A stretch of DNA of 64,000 bases. It comes from Stegostoma tigrinum. Taxonomy: Eukaryota. Shown piece by piece: positions 38,680-52,120 of the stretch. The stretch spans positions 44,120,078-44,184,077 of the forward strand of contig NC_081366.1 in the NCBI RefSeq assembly GCF_030684315.1, read 5' to 3'. The translations under genes were made by a program, and so were the position numbers. The notes under the pieces were generated by a model, which was given only the letters and a program-made list of their open reading frames with translations, did no database searches and had not been told where the DNA came from. Within the stretch, counting starts at the first letter, position 1; every line of letters starts with the position of its first letter.

Positions 38680-41200
38680 ATAGTTGAATTTGACCAAAAT
38701 TTGGTTACATGTCAATTTCATGGAGTTTCATGAGGGTTTCTTTCTTGGGCTCGATTGAGTTAACTCACAATTCTGTCAGTGTTCATCATTATCAATGCAC
38801 CACACTTCTATAGCACCCTTCTCAGCGATGCCAAAGTACTTGCCATTGCCAGGACCTCCTGGCATTCCTTCTATAGGCTCCATATTTGAAACCCAGCCAT
38901 AGATCGCGCCAAGTGCTGCCAGCCAGGAGCTGCCTTTCACAGTGCATGTAGTGGGAGGGGAACAAAATGCAATATTTCTGAGAGTACATATGTGGCACTT
39001 CATTGAAAATACAAGAACATATCCTGCCGCTACAAGAATTGTCCATCTTTCGTGCTATCCATCTTTGAACCCTGTTCAAGGGGGTGCTAATCTTTCTCTA
39101 ACACTCAACATAGCATGTCATCTTCTTATTGGTCAATGTGGGTGCATCACATGGTGGAAAGCCTTCAAATGATTGAAAACATCCACTTACATACAACAAC
39201 ACAGAAAGTGAAGAAAAACAAGCAAAAGTGCCTGCGATTGCTTCTGTGAACAAATGGGGACACTTGCGCTTTGAACAGCAACAAATTTACAGTCAATGAC
39301 TAATCACTGTACCCAGCTTGGTTCGATTGGAACCAGATGTCAATTAGTCCTGCCTGGCTTGTAGTGCCCAATGCTCAATAACGTTGAAGAAAATGCTCCT
39401 ACTGCTCAATGTTGTCATTTCTTGTTAGAAGATTGCTGCTGGTTTCCCAGCTCTGCAGAGTCCATTATTTCTCCTCTTTACCTAATTAAACATGCAGAGC
39501 ACAGCGTGATGGAATTACACAGTACACACTGTCTACACTGGACTGCCAGGACCCAAACCAAATCAAGAATCACAACCTCATCTTCAGCTGGCCTACATTC
39601 TGCTCAATGATGGTCCTCATCCAAGAATGGATTGAATTGCATTCATACTCAGCATCAAGCAGGACGTTGCACAACAAAGTTCTCAGCCATGTGCACAGAG
39701 TACCTGTTGGCTTCTCCTCAAGTTCTGTGTGCTTTCATTGCACGACAGCCATGGGAATCCATTGGTCACAGTTCCAATCAGTCTGCAAGGGGGCTATCAC
39801 AATCAAAACAGTTCCTTAGCAATGTGAACGCTTAGTATTTACATCACATAAATGATGGTTTCGTATTCTCCTTCATACAGTGGCACATAGAGACTGCATG
39901 CAGCATGGAAACAGATTCTTTGGCCCAAGTAGTTCACACCAACCATGTTCCCAAACTAAAGTCTTCCCACCTGTTTGCGCTAGGCCCATATCCCTCCAAA
40001 CATTTCTTATTCACGAACTTATTCAAATGTCTTTTAAACATTGTAATTGTACCTACATTTGCCACTTCCTCTGGCAGATCATTCCACAGATGAACCACTC
40101 TGTGCAAAATGTTGCCCCTCATGTCCTATTTAAATCTTTTTCCACTCACCTTAGAAAAAACATCCCTGAGTTCTGAACTCCCGTTGAAGTTGACTCTTGT
40201 CATTTGCCTTATCTATACCCCTCATGATTTTATAAACCGCAATAAGGTCACCCATCAACCTCCTATCCTTCAATGGAAAAGGTCCCAGATTTTCCAGTCT
40301 ATTCTCATATCTCAAACTTTCCATTCCCAGCAACGTTGTGGTAAATTTGGAACATTTGAGGACTCTGTGACTATATTCATTGGAGTTTAGAAGGATGACA
40401 GGGCGGTGGTCTAATTGAAACTTACAGAATACTGAACGGCCTGGACAGAGAGGATATTGAGAAGATGCTTCCATTGACAGGGAGACTAGGATCCTTTAGA
40501 CTAAAGGGAAGGCCTTTTAGAACGGAGGTAAGAAGAAACTTCTTCAGCCAGAGAGTGGTGAATCTATGGAATTTACTGCCACAGAAGGCCGTGGAGGTCA
40601 GTCATTGAGTACACTTAAGACTGAGATAGATAGGCTCTTGATTATCAAGGGGATTAAGGGTTACAGGGAGATAGCAGGACAATGAGGTTGAGGAACTTAT
40701 CAGCCATTATTGAATGGTGGAGAAGACTCGATGGGCCGAATGGCCTAATTTCTGCTCCTATGTCTCATGGTCTTATGAATCTTTTCTGACCCCCGTCCAG
40801 TTTAACAATATCCTTCCGATAATGGGGCCACTAAAACTGTGTACAATAGTCCAGAAGAGGTCACTCCCGCATCCTGCTGGTCAATGGTAATGCCTCTAAA
40901 TGGATTATTGACATTGTGGATCTTTTTCCAAATCATGCAGTGCAAGACATGCTGCACAAATACCATTGAGATTGTAAGTGCAGTTCAGTCACTGTGGCCT
41001 CTACCATCCACCCCCACCCACATCACCCACAGAAGGCAGCATTGCATGCCTGCAACTACTTAACAATTCGCGGTGAGAGAAAACCGCTTGTGTATCTTAT
41101 GAGATTTTGGATTGCTGTTATGAATTGTGGCCTGTTAGTGAGGCTTTTAAATAACTGTGCTCAATTTATTATGACCAATGATAATATCAAGATTGCTTGG
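38680..41200 (-). mobile_element. Degenerate PIF/Harbinger element with nested CR1 copies
   Basis: Minus strand gives 'ECNSIHSWMRTIIEQ' (~39.6 kb) and 'CALH' motifs. The left terminal region resembles that at ~60930. Confidence 0.55.
39885..40860. mobile_element. Nested CR1 3' ends: minus copy (39885-40355, 40780-40860) interrupted by plus copy (~40355-40778)
   Basis: ORF 39934..40122(-) 'RVVHLWNDLPEEV..FKRHLNKF'. Plus copy 'ttcttcagccagagagtggtgaatctatggaattt' with 3' UTR. Confidence 0.88.
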
Positions 41201-42411
41201 GACCAGAATTTTTACGCTATAAATTTGGACATTGCATGTGCTTCACATGCCTGCATGCTTGGGCAAAAAAAAACTCCATCATCTCCAGGTGTGGTTGCAG
41301 CTATTTTGCATTTCTATGATTTATCCCCCTCCACAATTATTCCCCTCAGCATTTTGGCATGCTGCCTCCAAATCCACAAATTAACTTCTCGAGCTTCCCT
41401 ATTGAAATACACCATTTGATTTGACTGAGGATTACATCACTTAAACTTTTAGATATGGCCATTAGTATGAAACCTATGTAATGTGTTTACAGTGTGTAAT
41501 CTGTTGGCATATAGTGCAAGTGTGACATTGACACAACAATGTACATAGCAATATGTCTATTCACTTGTCTGATTAATGCTGACAACCATGACAAGTGAGT
41601 GTTGAGAGACCCAGCGAGGAGCCCTGTACTGCACCCTGTTCCAATCAATGAGGTGGATACTTGTCCCTGCCTGCAGAGCGGCCTGCCTGCAGCATTACAA
41701 TGAGGGATGTCAGGGTGCATCAAAGAGTAACATTGACATGGAAAACTGCATTCCAAGACTTGGAGATGTGCCACGCTGATGTGAGGACACAGGCATTTTC
41801 TGCCGATACAGTGTAACCTAAGATCTTGAGCCTACTCTCCAAAATAGAGCCCCAGAAAAGCAAGCAGTGAGTTGAGCCATCACTACCCATTCTGACATTC
41901 ACATCTGGAATTGTCACTGTTTAGTTTTTATCCGGTGGAAACTGAATGTCAATGAGGTGAGATTTGGTACTGATAATATGTAAATAAATGCAAACTGCCC
42001 TCTCCCCACCCACTACTGAGATTCAAAACTTGCTATGCAAAACTTAATTGCAAAATCTGCCTTTTTTTCTTAACATTAGGAATCTGATTTTTCTGATTTC
42101 ACTGCATTTTCCTAACTGACTCGCTATTGCTGTTCAGTGGTGGGGAAAATTCAACCCTATGCCTCATAAATTCACAATTTTATCTGAAAAACCTGTTACT
42201 CATGCCTATGTTTAGACTACCTAAGTGATTAGCTTAAAATGGTTTTATATTTCTTTTGTCAATAATCTCAAAGTAAAGCTTTGCAAGGAGGAAATCAGAA
42301 TATCTGAATGCATTAGTTGCTGTCAGAATATTTTGATCATTCTCCTATGAAAAGCTTTGGACATAAATGATTTAACAGTTTTATCATGGGTTTTGGGCAG
42401 AAGTATATGGG

Positions 42412-42690
42412 TCGGCACAGTGGTTAACACTATTGCCTCACAGCTCCAGGGATCTGGGTTCAACTCCAGCCTTGGGTGCCTTACTGTGTGGAGTTTGTAC
42501 ATTCTCCCTGTGCCCCCACAGTCCAGAAATGTGCTGGTGAGGTGAATTGGCCATGCCAATTGCACATGGTGCCTAGGATGGGAAGTGCAGAGATGGTGTA
42601 GGGGGTGAGTCTGGATGAGGTGCTCTTTGGAGAGTTGGTGTAGACTCAATGGGTTGAATGGCCTGCTTCTGCACAGTCAGGATTCGATGA
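42412..42690 (+). mobile_element. HE1-type V-SINE
   Basis: 'ggcacagtggttaacactattgcctcacagctccagggatctgggttcaactccagccttggg'. Confidence 0.85.
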
Positions 42691-42699
42691 AATGGCACA

Positions 42700-43330
42700 G
42701 CTACTGCAGACAGCACATGTGCGAGGATATGGCCAGCAGATACTTCAAATTCCTTAAGAAGTGTCGCCAGTGATGCCCCTGTAAACTCTTGCCAACTCAC
42801 TGTCAGAATAAACACTCTTATTGTAAATAGACTAAACAATTGTATCCTTTCTCAGGCAAACATCAAGGCATTGGTTATAGTAAATCAGCAGAGTAGGGTG
42901 GTTCACATTATCAACAAGACTTCTGAAATAAGCTCTCTTCTCTGAGATTCATCATGGTGAGTAGTTAGCAAAGGGTAGAAGAAATGCCATAAGAACTTCT
43001 TTAAATACTCCTTGATGAAATGCTATAACTCCATAGCTCATGGGAAGCACAAATCCAAGACCACATAATTTGGAGAAGTAGCATCTGACAAAAATCCACC
43101 ATTTTGGCCATCTTGATCCTTCAGGCACAGATGCAGGGGATAAACATACAAAGTGGAAGAAGTGTGCAAAAACCTGAGATTCCCACCTATTCCAGCAAAC
43201 ACCATCTATTCCATTAGTCGCAAGGGTGTGTATCCGGTGATGAATGCTGTAGTCACCCCAGGACCTACAACTCCACAAGACAGGGCTGTCTAGAAAGCAG
43301 AAGGAGAAGGGATTTGGCCATCTATAGGCA
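42700..43330 (+). mobile_element. RTE-clade LINE 3' end remnant
   Basis: Translates in pieces to ILSQANI..., ALFSEIHHG, SSWEAQIQDHIIWRSSI and a terminal SHPRTY, matching RTE C-terminal motifs (WE..A.DR..WR..I; SH.RTH). Confidence 0.7.
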
Positions 43331-44519
43331 GAGAGGTGAAGATTTAGATATTGAATTGGTAGTTAAGTACCGCCGATTTCAAACAGTGGCCAATGTATAA
43401 AACTTCATGCACGAGTAACTGCTGCCTTTCCAGCCAGGAATACATCCATTATGTTTTCATTTTTATGGGGTTAAGGAGAGAGTATTTAATAAAAGATTGT
43501 TTGCACTAGTTTTATCCATCAGTCAAGCACACAGAGGTGTTCTGACAAATGCTAATCCTTAATTTCATTGGTTCGTGTAACATGAATACTTCTTTAAAAA
43601 GTAAACAATATGGATGTACATTGCAATCAAAGGCTTTTGCAACTTCAAGCTTAATTCACTGCAAGTTTCCAAAGTGGATTAAGAAAAGATGTACATGAAC
43701 AATACAAAGAAATTTCATACTTACTAATGTCAAGGATTGCTCCAAGGACATTGATACTTTTTCTGATATTGATTCAATTCTTGTCTGACATGAGGTAAAC
43801 CCCATGTCCATCGTTATTACACAGAATATGAATTTGCAACCATCTAGACTGTCATAAAACTGGAGTGTTTGCTTACGGCAGGATAACTGAAGTCTCTCTC
43901 TAGACGTAACTTGAAACATAGTGAGAGAAAGGATGTAAGGCAAGTGCTCTTAGGCTTGACATCTGCCCCCTGCATCCACCCTTACCTTTTCAGGGAGACA
44001 TACACATTGGCCAATATCTCACTGTGGCTGGCGTCAAGATTCTCATTGGACATGACCTGTTTTGGAAACATTAGGAGAGAAAACATTTCTTAGGTCAGTG
44101 GTGGCACATCTTACAGTTGATGGCTGTGCATAGTCCTCCATGTGCTCAGACATACTGGACCCTATTTACAAAAGACACGTCTCCATCATTTATTCAGCTT
44201 CAGCGTCAGCATGCACACCAAATTAGTGAAGGTTCTGTATCAGTTGAGTGAACAACACATTACATAAAAAATTGAGGGCTGGCTGTAACTCACTGTCCGC
44301 TCCAGGCCCACTTCAAGATATCTTATAGTCAAATTGTTCAGAGATGTTTTAACATACCTCAGGAGTGGTAGTACTGAACCTAGGCCTCCTGCCTCAGAGG
44401 CAGGGGCAGCACCAGGCAAGAGCCCCACACTCACATCAATCATTCAACATTTCTTTACATTCATGTGCAAACCATTATTAAAATTACATTTTAAGAAAAA
44501 AAGGCAAGTGATGTGAGTA

Positions 44520-44820
44520 TTGCTGGGTAACCCCAGACGGCAGTTAAGAATCAACCATATTGTGGGTCTGGAATCACATCTTGTTCAGACCAGATAAGGA
44601 TGGCAGATATTCCTTCCTAAAGGGCATGAATGAGCCAAATGGACTTTTACAAAAATTCACTGTTGTTAAAAGTCAACATTTTACTTACTTAAATGCAAAG
44701 TTTTAAAACTGGATTCAATTTTCGCCATTGGCATGGTGTGATTTGACTAAGCACCCGTAGGATATTAGGCAGATGCTGTGGATTATTAGGTCAGTGACAG
44801 TACTACTACCAATGCCTTCC
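44520..44820 (-). mobile_element. tRNA-derived SINE (same family as 3905-4215)
   Basis: 'ggcagttaagaatcaaccatattgtgggtctggaatcacat...ccagataaggatggcagatattccttcctaaaggg'. Confidence 0.7.
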
Positions 44821-45297
44821 CTCATGACAGCCAATGATGTGACAGTGTCTGCCTCCCACAGCACTCATTGTACAAGCAATAGATTGTCTTTGGCCATCAT
44901 TCCCCTCCATTTAACTCTTTGCTGTCAACATCAGCATCATTGAGATGTCAATGCTCAGCTTGCAAGGACAAATTGTCTTTGACCATCATTTAAACCCTAC
45001 GTACTTTCACCCTGCATGCATTTCAAATGAACAATGAAATCTTTACAAATGAAATGTGGCTGTAGTTTGTAATATTTTCTTTGTGTATTTGCCTCTTAAC
45101 TATCCTAGTGTCTAGTGGACATGGATCCCAAGCTTATGTCCATGAAAGTAAAACTTACTCTGCCTATTGTGGATGTTGTCCCAGCCCTTTTCCAATTGAA
45201 TTTCATCTCTAAAGAATGGTAAATGATAGCAGGAAATGCAGCTTACAGTGGATACCATCAGCACCAACTTCTCCTCATTGCAGGTATATCCAGAGTT

Positions 45298-45610
45298 GGG
45301 CGGCACGCTGGCTCAGTGGTTAGCACTACAGCCTCACAGTGCCACGGACCCGGGTTCAATTCCAGCCTTGGGCGACTGTCTGTGTGGAGTTCACACATTC
45401 TCCCCGTGTCTGCGTGGGTTTTCTTTGGGTGCTCCAGTTTTCGCCCACAGTCCAAAGATGTGCAGGCTAGGTGGATTGGCCGTGCTAAATTGTCCATAGT
45501 GTTCAGGGGTGTGTGGGTTATAGGGGAATGGGTCTGGGTGGGATGCTTCAAGGGGTGCTGTGGACTTGTTGGGCCGAAGGGCCTGTTTCCACACTCTAGG
45601 GAATCTAATC
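45298..45610 (+). mobile_element. HE1-type V-SINE, well preserved
   Basis: A-box 'tggctcagtgg', B-box 'ggttcaattcc', V-domain 'tctccccgtgtctgcgtgggttt...cagtccaaagatgtgcaggctaggtggattggcc', tail aatctaatcta. Confidence 0.92.
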
Positions 45611-46199
45611 TAAAAAAAGAGGGCTATTACTTTGTCTTATCTCAACAGGCCACTTCAGCTCATCTCCCCCATGTGGAGACCCACAACATTGAACTATACT
45701 TCCAACTGCCTTGCCTATACCCTGAGTGGCAACATTACAGTCAAATGATGTCCTCTCTAATCCTTTACACTCCCCTGAGGAGCCCACAGTGATGGCCACT
45801 GCCAAAACTCGCTGTCCTGTAGACTCCAAGGCCTCAGATGTCTGTCCATTGGTGACCTTGCAGCAATCTTTCAATGCTAGTTGCCAATGCATTTGGGAAG
45901 AAAGAAAGCTGAATATTAATCAGCTGAGTTGTTGGATTTATGACAGGTTTAATGAGCTACAGTCTCCTTAATTGGCAACTAACTACTGCCTAGTGAGAAG
46001 TTTACATTGTCACTTGGCAAAAGCATAGAGGATGAAATGAGTTGCTCCTGATGTTACGATAAGCCTTGCCGGACTTCTCATCCAGTTCAGCTGCAAATCT
46101 CACTATAACCCCTATTACTCAGGATCTTTTAAGATTCCAACTGTGATGTTATTATAGCATCCTGTTAACATTTAATAGTCAAGCAACGTCACTGAAACA

Positions 46200-46390
46200 G
46201 ATAAAAGAGAATTACTACAAATGCAGGAAATCTGAAGTAAAAACACAGAACATTGGAGAAATTCAGCAGTCTGGCCGCATCTGTGGAGAGATAAGCACAG
46301 TTAACACTTGTCCACTTTGCTTTAGAACTGAAAAAGGACTGAAATTTCTTTTTTATATGTTGTTGATGGGAGGAGAGAAGCAACTAAAAC
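46200..46390 (-). mobile_element. Penelope-derived terminal fragment
   Basis: 'aaatgcaggaaatctgaag...cagcagtctggccgcatctgtggagaga...gttaacact'. Confidence 0.65.
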
Positions 46391-47553
46391 AGACTGTGGA
46401 CCCAGTGCTAAACTTTTAAAGCAAAATACTTTCTTGCCTACCTGTTATAGACTGGCTGCTTCAGCCTGGCCATCACTCCTGGTGGCACTGATGATATGCT
46501 GCTGAATTGCTAACCCTCTCTCAGGGTGGCCTACTGTGTCCTAAATCGGATAGTAACTGCAGCTTCTTAACCGGCCACACCACCCTGCTGTCATTCCACC
46601 ACCCCCTGAAAGTTTGCAGGGCATATCTGCTGGCTGTCTGTTTGTATGGCAGTGACAACTATTTTTTGCTAATGTCAGGCATCCACCCAATTAGTAAAAT
46701 TCAGGTTTTAATCCTCTCTTACAGTTAAAAAAAAGTCTATGAATTGACATAATGATTCTCCAATAGTGTTGACTTGGCCTCTCTTTAGATAGAGTGAAAG
46801 GAGAGAAAGTTAGCATTAGGATGGAAAGGGCCTTAGAGCCTTTCAGTACACAAATGGTTCAGGCATTGCCATGTACTTATTAGCATATAGGCCCTCTTAT
46901 GGTGCAATGTTAGTGTTCCTACAAGCACACCAGACAGCTTGGGTTCATGCCCCATCTGCTCCAGAGGTATGTAAAAACGCCTCTGAACAGGTTAGTTGGA
47001 AAAATAGTTTATTAAAAAAGATACATATTAAAGGATGAAATATGGAAGAGAACTTAGTCTTCCTAATATTGGTAAAGCAAAGTTGATGCCTGCAGGTAGT
47101 TTAAATTCACAACATTTGCCCCTCAGATCACTTTATGATGACTTCATGAAAACATTTTTCGGGTCCAGAGAGAAGAATGCAGTTTTAGAAACTCAAAGTG
47201 GGCCCAAATATAACACTGCATCTATCACTGTGATGTAAAAATAGAAATTGTGTAACTTGCATTTTTTAATTTGGACTGTAAACATATCTTAATGCACCAG
47301 CATCTCAGTTTTTGGCTTTGTTTTAATAGTAGATATAAGATTAGGTCCAGCATTAACAGTTAATCCCTCATGTGTACTCTGCATTCTTTAAAAGTGTTCA
47401 GTATCTCACTAAACTGCAGTATAACCCAGGCTTGGAACTGAAAAACCCTTCCACCTCATACTGGCTATAGAAATATGATCAGTGCTACAACATAATTCTC
47501 CACTTTTTATGGATACAGCCTGAAAGCATTCTGTCAAGGTAAGGTTCAGCATT

Positions 47554-47767
47554 AAACTATCAAATATTTTAGAAGAACTATACGGAGAACTGAAGACATA
47601 CAGTTTTCACAGAGAATAATCAATTATCCATCATTCCTTGGTAATAAAAAGAGAAAAAAAACAACATATTTACTCCTTAAGGACCTAACCTAGTGTGCTT
47701 TTTTATTACAAAGTTTTTTTTTAACTAAGACCTGGGCTCAATTTTTAGCATGGGATACTGAAGTCAG
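47554..47767 (+). repeat. Left copy of ~215-bp inverted duplication (partner 50792-51006)
   Basis: For example 'taactaagacctgggctcaattttt' here vs 'aaaaattgagcccaggtcttagtta' at 50.8 kb. Confidence 0.92.
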
Positions 47768-47809
47768 AAATAAACCTCCTCATAATTGAAATGGCAATGG
47801 ATTGTCCTG

Positions 47810-48312
47810 TGAGCCATTATAGGAAGGATGTGGAAGCATTGGAAAAGGTGCAGAGGAGGTTTACCAGGATGTTGCCTGGTCTGGAGCGAAGGCCTTATGA
47901 AGAAAGGCTGAGGGACTTGCGTCTGTTCTCATTGGAGAGAAGAAGGCTAAGAGGGGATTTAATAGAGACATACAAGATGATTAGAGGATTAGATAAGGTG
48001 GACAGTGAGAGTTTTTTTCCAAGGATGATGATGTCAGCTTGTACAAGGGGGCATGGCTACAAATTGAGGGATGGTAGATTTAAGACAGATGTCAGAGGCA
48101 TGTTCTTTACTCAGAGAGTGGTAAGGGCGTGGAACTCCCTGCCTGCCAATGTAGTGAACTCAGCCACATTAGGGGCATGTAAACAGTCCTTGGATAAGCA
48201 TATGGATGATGATGGGATAGTGTAGGGGGAGGGGCTTAGATTAGTTCACAGGCCGGCACAACATCGAAGGCTGAAGGGCCTGTTCTGCGCTGTATTGTTC
48301 TATGTTTTATGT
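47810..48312 (+). mobile_element. CR1 LINE 3' end, young
   Basis: ORF 47791..48225 'YRKDVEALEKVQRRFTRMLPGL...RRLRGDLIETYK...FFTQRVVRAWNSLP' plus 3' UTR and tail. Confidence 0.95.
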
Positions 48313-50791
48313 TTGTGTCAAAATCTTTAACTGCACTAGAGAGAGGCAAAATACTACTGATAATGGAGAAGACTTGCTCAGATCAGACCCTTGCTTCATT
48401 GATGCCTATATGAATGTAATGCTGAAGGCTTTTGAGGCCTTAAGGGAGAAATGGGAGGTTCCTTTCTAACTGAGTAGCAGGGGATGCCATCTTATCAAAC
48501 AGGAAGGCCAACTGTATGTTCGGCATCACCTCCCCCACCTCCAATTCCTCATCTTCTCATACCTCTTGTATATGTTCTTCTGCCATTTTGCTGTTACTTT
48601 CCAAGGTTTCACGATCTTCAAAGTCCACACTTCTCTGGAGATCATGTTACGGAAAGCACAACAGAATACTACACTAACAAGAATTTTCCAGGAGGGTCTT
48701 ATCTAATGAATGTAAGGTCAGGAATTGTACCTTGAAAAGTCAGATGGCCTGCTCAATGGTTGCCTGTTGAAGATATTCCTTCAGTTGTGTTAACCACTGT
48801 CAATCAGTCCATCTAGTGGAGGAATAACTATTGTCTCCGAGAATCTGTTCAGGCACGGGCATGTGAAATTCAGACCCTCGTCTCTGAGAGGGTGCCGTGC
48901 TAACCATCATTGCTCTCAGGTGATTTGATGAAAGACGAGCCTTCCAAATTGTCAATCACAGTTACTATCTCAAAGCTACCTCCTATTGATTAATCTAGGA
49001 TTAAAATCTCCCCAGTTCTAATTTCAACACCATGCACTAATGGAGCAAATTATGTTTAGATTGTAGGATGTGACAAAAAGCCATGATTTTTTCCAGTCTG
49101 TTGATATCATGCTGGCAAGCTAGAGGACTGGGAAGATATTGCTAGAAGGGATAGGAAGTGTTCTCAGCATTTCCCTGCTGCTACAGGATATTTCTAAAAG
49201 TTAGAAGGTCAAATGGCACAGTTGCCCAGTGCAAAATCAAGTGGCCCATTAATCCACTAAGGGTTAGGAAGAGGTGGTGCTTCTTCCTAGGAGACTCCAA
49301 GTTCTTTGGAGTAGCACCTACCCTACAACAATAAGTATTGTTATGACTTTGATATCATATCAGGAGTTTACTACTTGTACAGTCATCAAGGCATAACTAC
49401 CTGGTTCCAGCACAAAAATTCTTTCCAGTCCTTTGATAGTGCATGAACATGATCTGCCCTCTACTTCTCCTCACAATCTCAACAACTGCTGCTCCTATGC
49501 TCAAGGTTGCAAAGCTTTCTGATTGGATTTGCGGCTTTGAGAGGGCCCTTAACAGGATGCATTCACAGTGGTGGCCATTATTAGGAAATTTCCCTGTGCA
49601 GTCCCATCACTCTCTCACGTGGGCTTGGGACCCACATTTATCCAGATGATGAAACCTCCAGTACGTAATGACCAAAGTGTGAGCTTCTAATGATAGGTCA
49701 TGATCATTAGATCATACATAACAATCTTACCCTTCCATTACAGAGTATTATTTGAAAATAGCATTGTGAGCTAAACAAACTTACAACCTATTACTGTTTA
49801 GAAAAGTGCTGAATTAGTGCTACAGTATTCTTTAAATTAATAAAAAAAGAATCTAAGCAACCAAAATAAATATAAGTTATCAGAGATAACTTGAGAGATT
49901 CAGATCTTGGGAAATGAAAGGTACAATCCTCACTCCACAATGAAAGTGAAAGGTTTCTAAAACTGTACTGACATATTTTCTTTGAATACATCATGATGGC
50001 AAATGATATGCAAAATAATCAGCCTCATTAAACTGACAGCAATTGACGGTCACAATGGTAAACCATGAAGTTTATTTCTGTTTTAAATTAGGTAGAATAA
50101 AAATTAAACCCGTCTTTCCTTATCAAATCTAATAATGGAGGCTGGCAGAGGTAAGTATCAAATGGGCCCAGGAAATTAAATAAGGGCTTTGTTTTAGTCA
50201 CAATTTGAATTATACCTAGGTGAGGCATGAAACATCTACAGTCTTGGTGAATATGCTCATCAGCATTCTACGCATTGGTTTGTACCACTGTATCTTTCAT
50301 CATGATGAAACAACTCAGCTGCCTTTGGCTTTCTTTAAGGACTGAAAAAATTCTGTTATGTCTTCAGTTTACAGTAATCTGAAATGGATGTTAGCTATAA
50401 ATTCATGATGCCTATATAGAGTATTGCAACATAAAAAACCTGTCTCTGAGACTATATTTTATTACAACCTCAGCAGAGGTTGCAATAAAATTTTTAAAAT
50501 TTGAAATCTCAGTTATTCCCTAAAAGAATGAAGTCACAAGATTCCCTTCTTCAAAACAAATATTTTCTTTGCTGTGCAATAGTCAACAAAAGCAACTACA
50601 TGTCACATGCCAACTATAGTACTGTGAATACTGGAAACCTGGATACTTGAGAATCTCAGCAAGTCTGGCAGCACCTGAGGAGAGAGAAACAGAATTAATA
50701 TTCTGAGTCTTGTCTTTTTTGGAATTAAAAAGTGCTGGAAAATGGCATTGTTACTGTTGGCTATTGACAGATGGGGAGGATGGTTTTGACA

Positions 50792-51006
50792 CTGACTCCA
50801 GTATTTCATGCCAAAAATTGAGCCCAGGTCTTAGTTAAAAACTTTGTTTAAAAAAGAAGCACACTAGGTTAAGTCCTTAAGGATTAAATATGTTGTATCT
50901 TTATTTTTCTTTTTATAACCAAGGAATGATGGAAAATTGATTATTCTCTGTGAAAACTTTATGCCTTCAGTTCTCCATTTGGTTTTTCTAAAATATTTGA
51001 TAGTTT
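50792..51006 (-). repeat. Right (inserted) copy of the ~215-bp inverted duplication
   Basis: Reverse complement of 47554-47767, flanked by gatggttttga (50779-50789) and gatagttttga (51007-51017). Confidence 0.9.
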
Positions 51007-51659
51007 GATAGTTTTGATTGTGGAGCAGATGGTGAAGTTGTCCAGAGCGAAGAGAAAGATAAATGATAATGGTGATAAAGTGTGGATAGGGATGCATTAT
51101 AAGTGTTATTGTGTTGGCATGAAAATGCAAAAATGGGTCCGCTCTGTTGAGATCAAAGCCAACAAGACACAAAGAAGACAGAATGTCTGTGTAAACATCA
51201 AATTGCTTTTCCTTCAGCTTGTGTTGAGCTTTGCTGGAACACAGCATGAGGCCCAGGATGGAAATTGTTAGTATGGGAGCTAGATGCTTGACTGAAATGG
51301 TAAGCAACTGGAAGGTCAGTGTCCTGTTACAGACAGAATGGAGATGTTCTGCAAAGTAGTCAACCAGTCAATGCTTGAACTTGCCACATTATGAGTAATG
51401 AATACAGTAGACAGGGTTAAAAGAAAATAAGTTAAAGGTTGCATCACATGGAAGGTGTGTTTGGACAGTGAGGAGAGAGGAGGAGAAAGGCAAGTATTAC
51501 AATTTATTCACTTACATGGGAGGATGCTGGGGATGGGAGAGAGGGGGGATGTAGTGAGGAAATAGTGGCAGGAGTGATGGAGGAGTGGTTGTGGGTGACG
51601 TGGAGTAATGATTTCTAGAGAAAGCTCACAAGGGAGGAGAGGGATTGCTAATGGCATAG

Positions 51660-52120
51660 AAAGTCATTTAACCAAAATTATCATGACACAAAGTTAGGCG
51701 GCAGTTAGGCACTTAGGCAGGTAGGGAAGATGATAGCACAAAATTACAAAAGGATGTTGATAGGCTAAGTAAATGGGCAAAACTGTGGCAGATGTATTCA
51801 ATGTAATGAACTTATCTATTTTGCACCACAAGAGGATAGACTCGGGCACTTTCTGGATGATACTAAACTTCATTCAATGGATATCCAAATAGATTTGAGG
51901 GTTCAGGTGCATAGATCTTTAAAATGTCACAAATAGGTGCACAGAATAATCAAGAAATCTAATGAAATGCTGGCCTTAATACCTAGAGGACTGGAATGCA
52001 AATGTTATACACAACCCTGGCTAGACCTCAGTTGGAGTATTGTGAGGAGATCATTATTCCTTAGGAAACATGCGTTAGCCTTGGAGGGGACACAGTGTAT
52101 GTTTATTGGGAGCTACCTGG
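51660..52120 (+). mobile_element. CR1 RT C-terminal fragment
   Basis: 'gataggctaagtaaatgggcaaaactgtggcagatg' (DRLSKWAKLWQM), 'agatttgagggttcaggtgcatagatc'. Confidence 0.75.

Noticed and set aside
45223-45792. 189-aa ORF and tRNA-like sequence
   Set aside because: Read-through of an HE1-type SINE; the tRNA similarity is the SINE head, not a tRNA gene.
47554-51006. 3.45-kb DNA transposon with 215-bp TIRs
   Set aside because: The right arm sits inside a Penelope relic with its own flanking direct repeat, no shared outer TSD is visible, and the interior is a mix of unrelated repeats.
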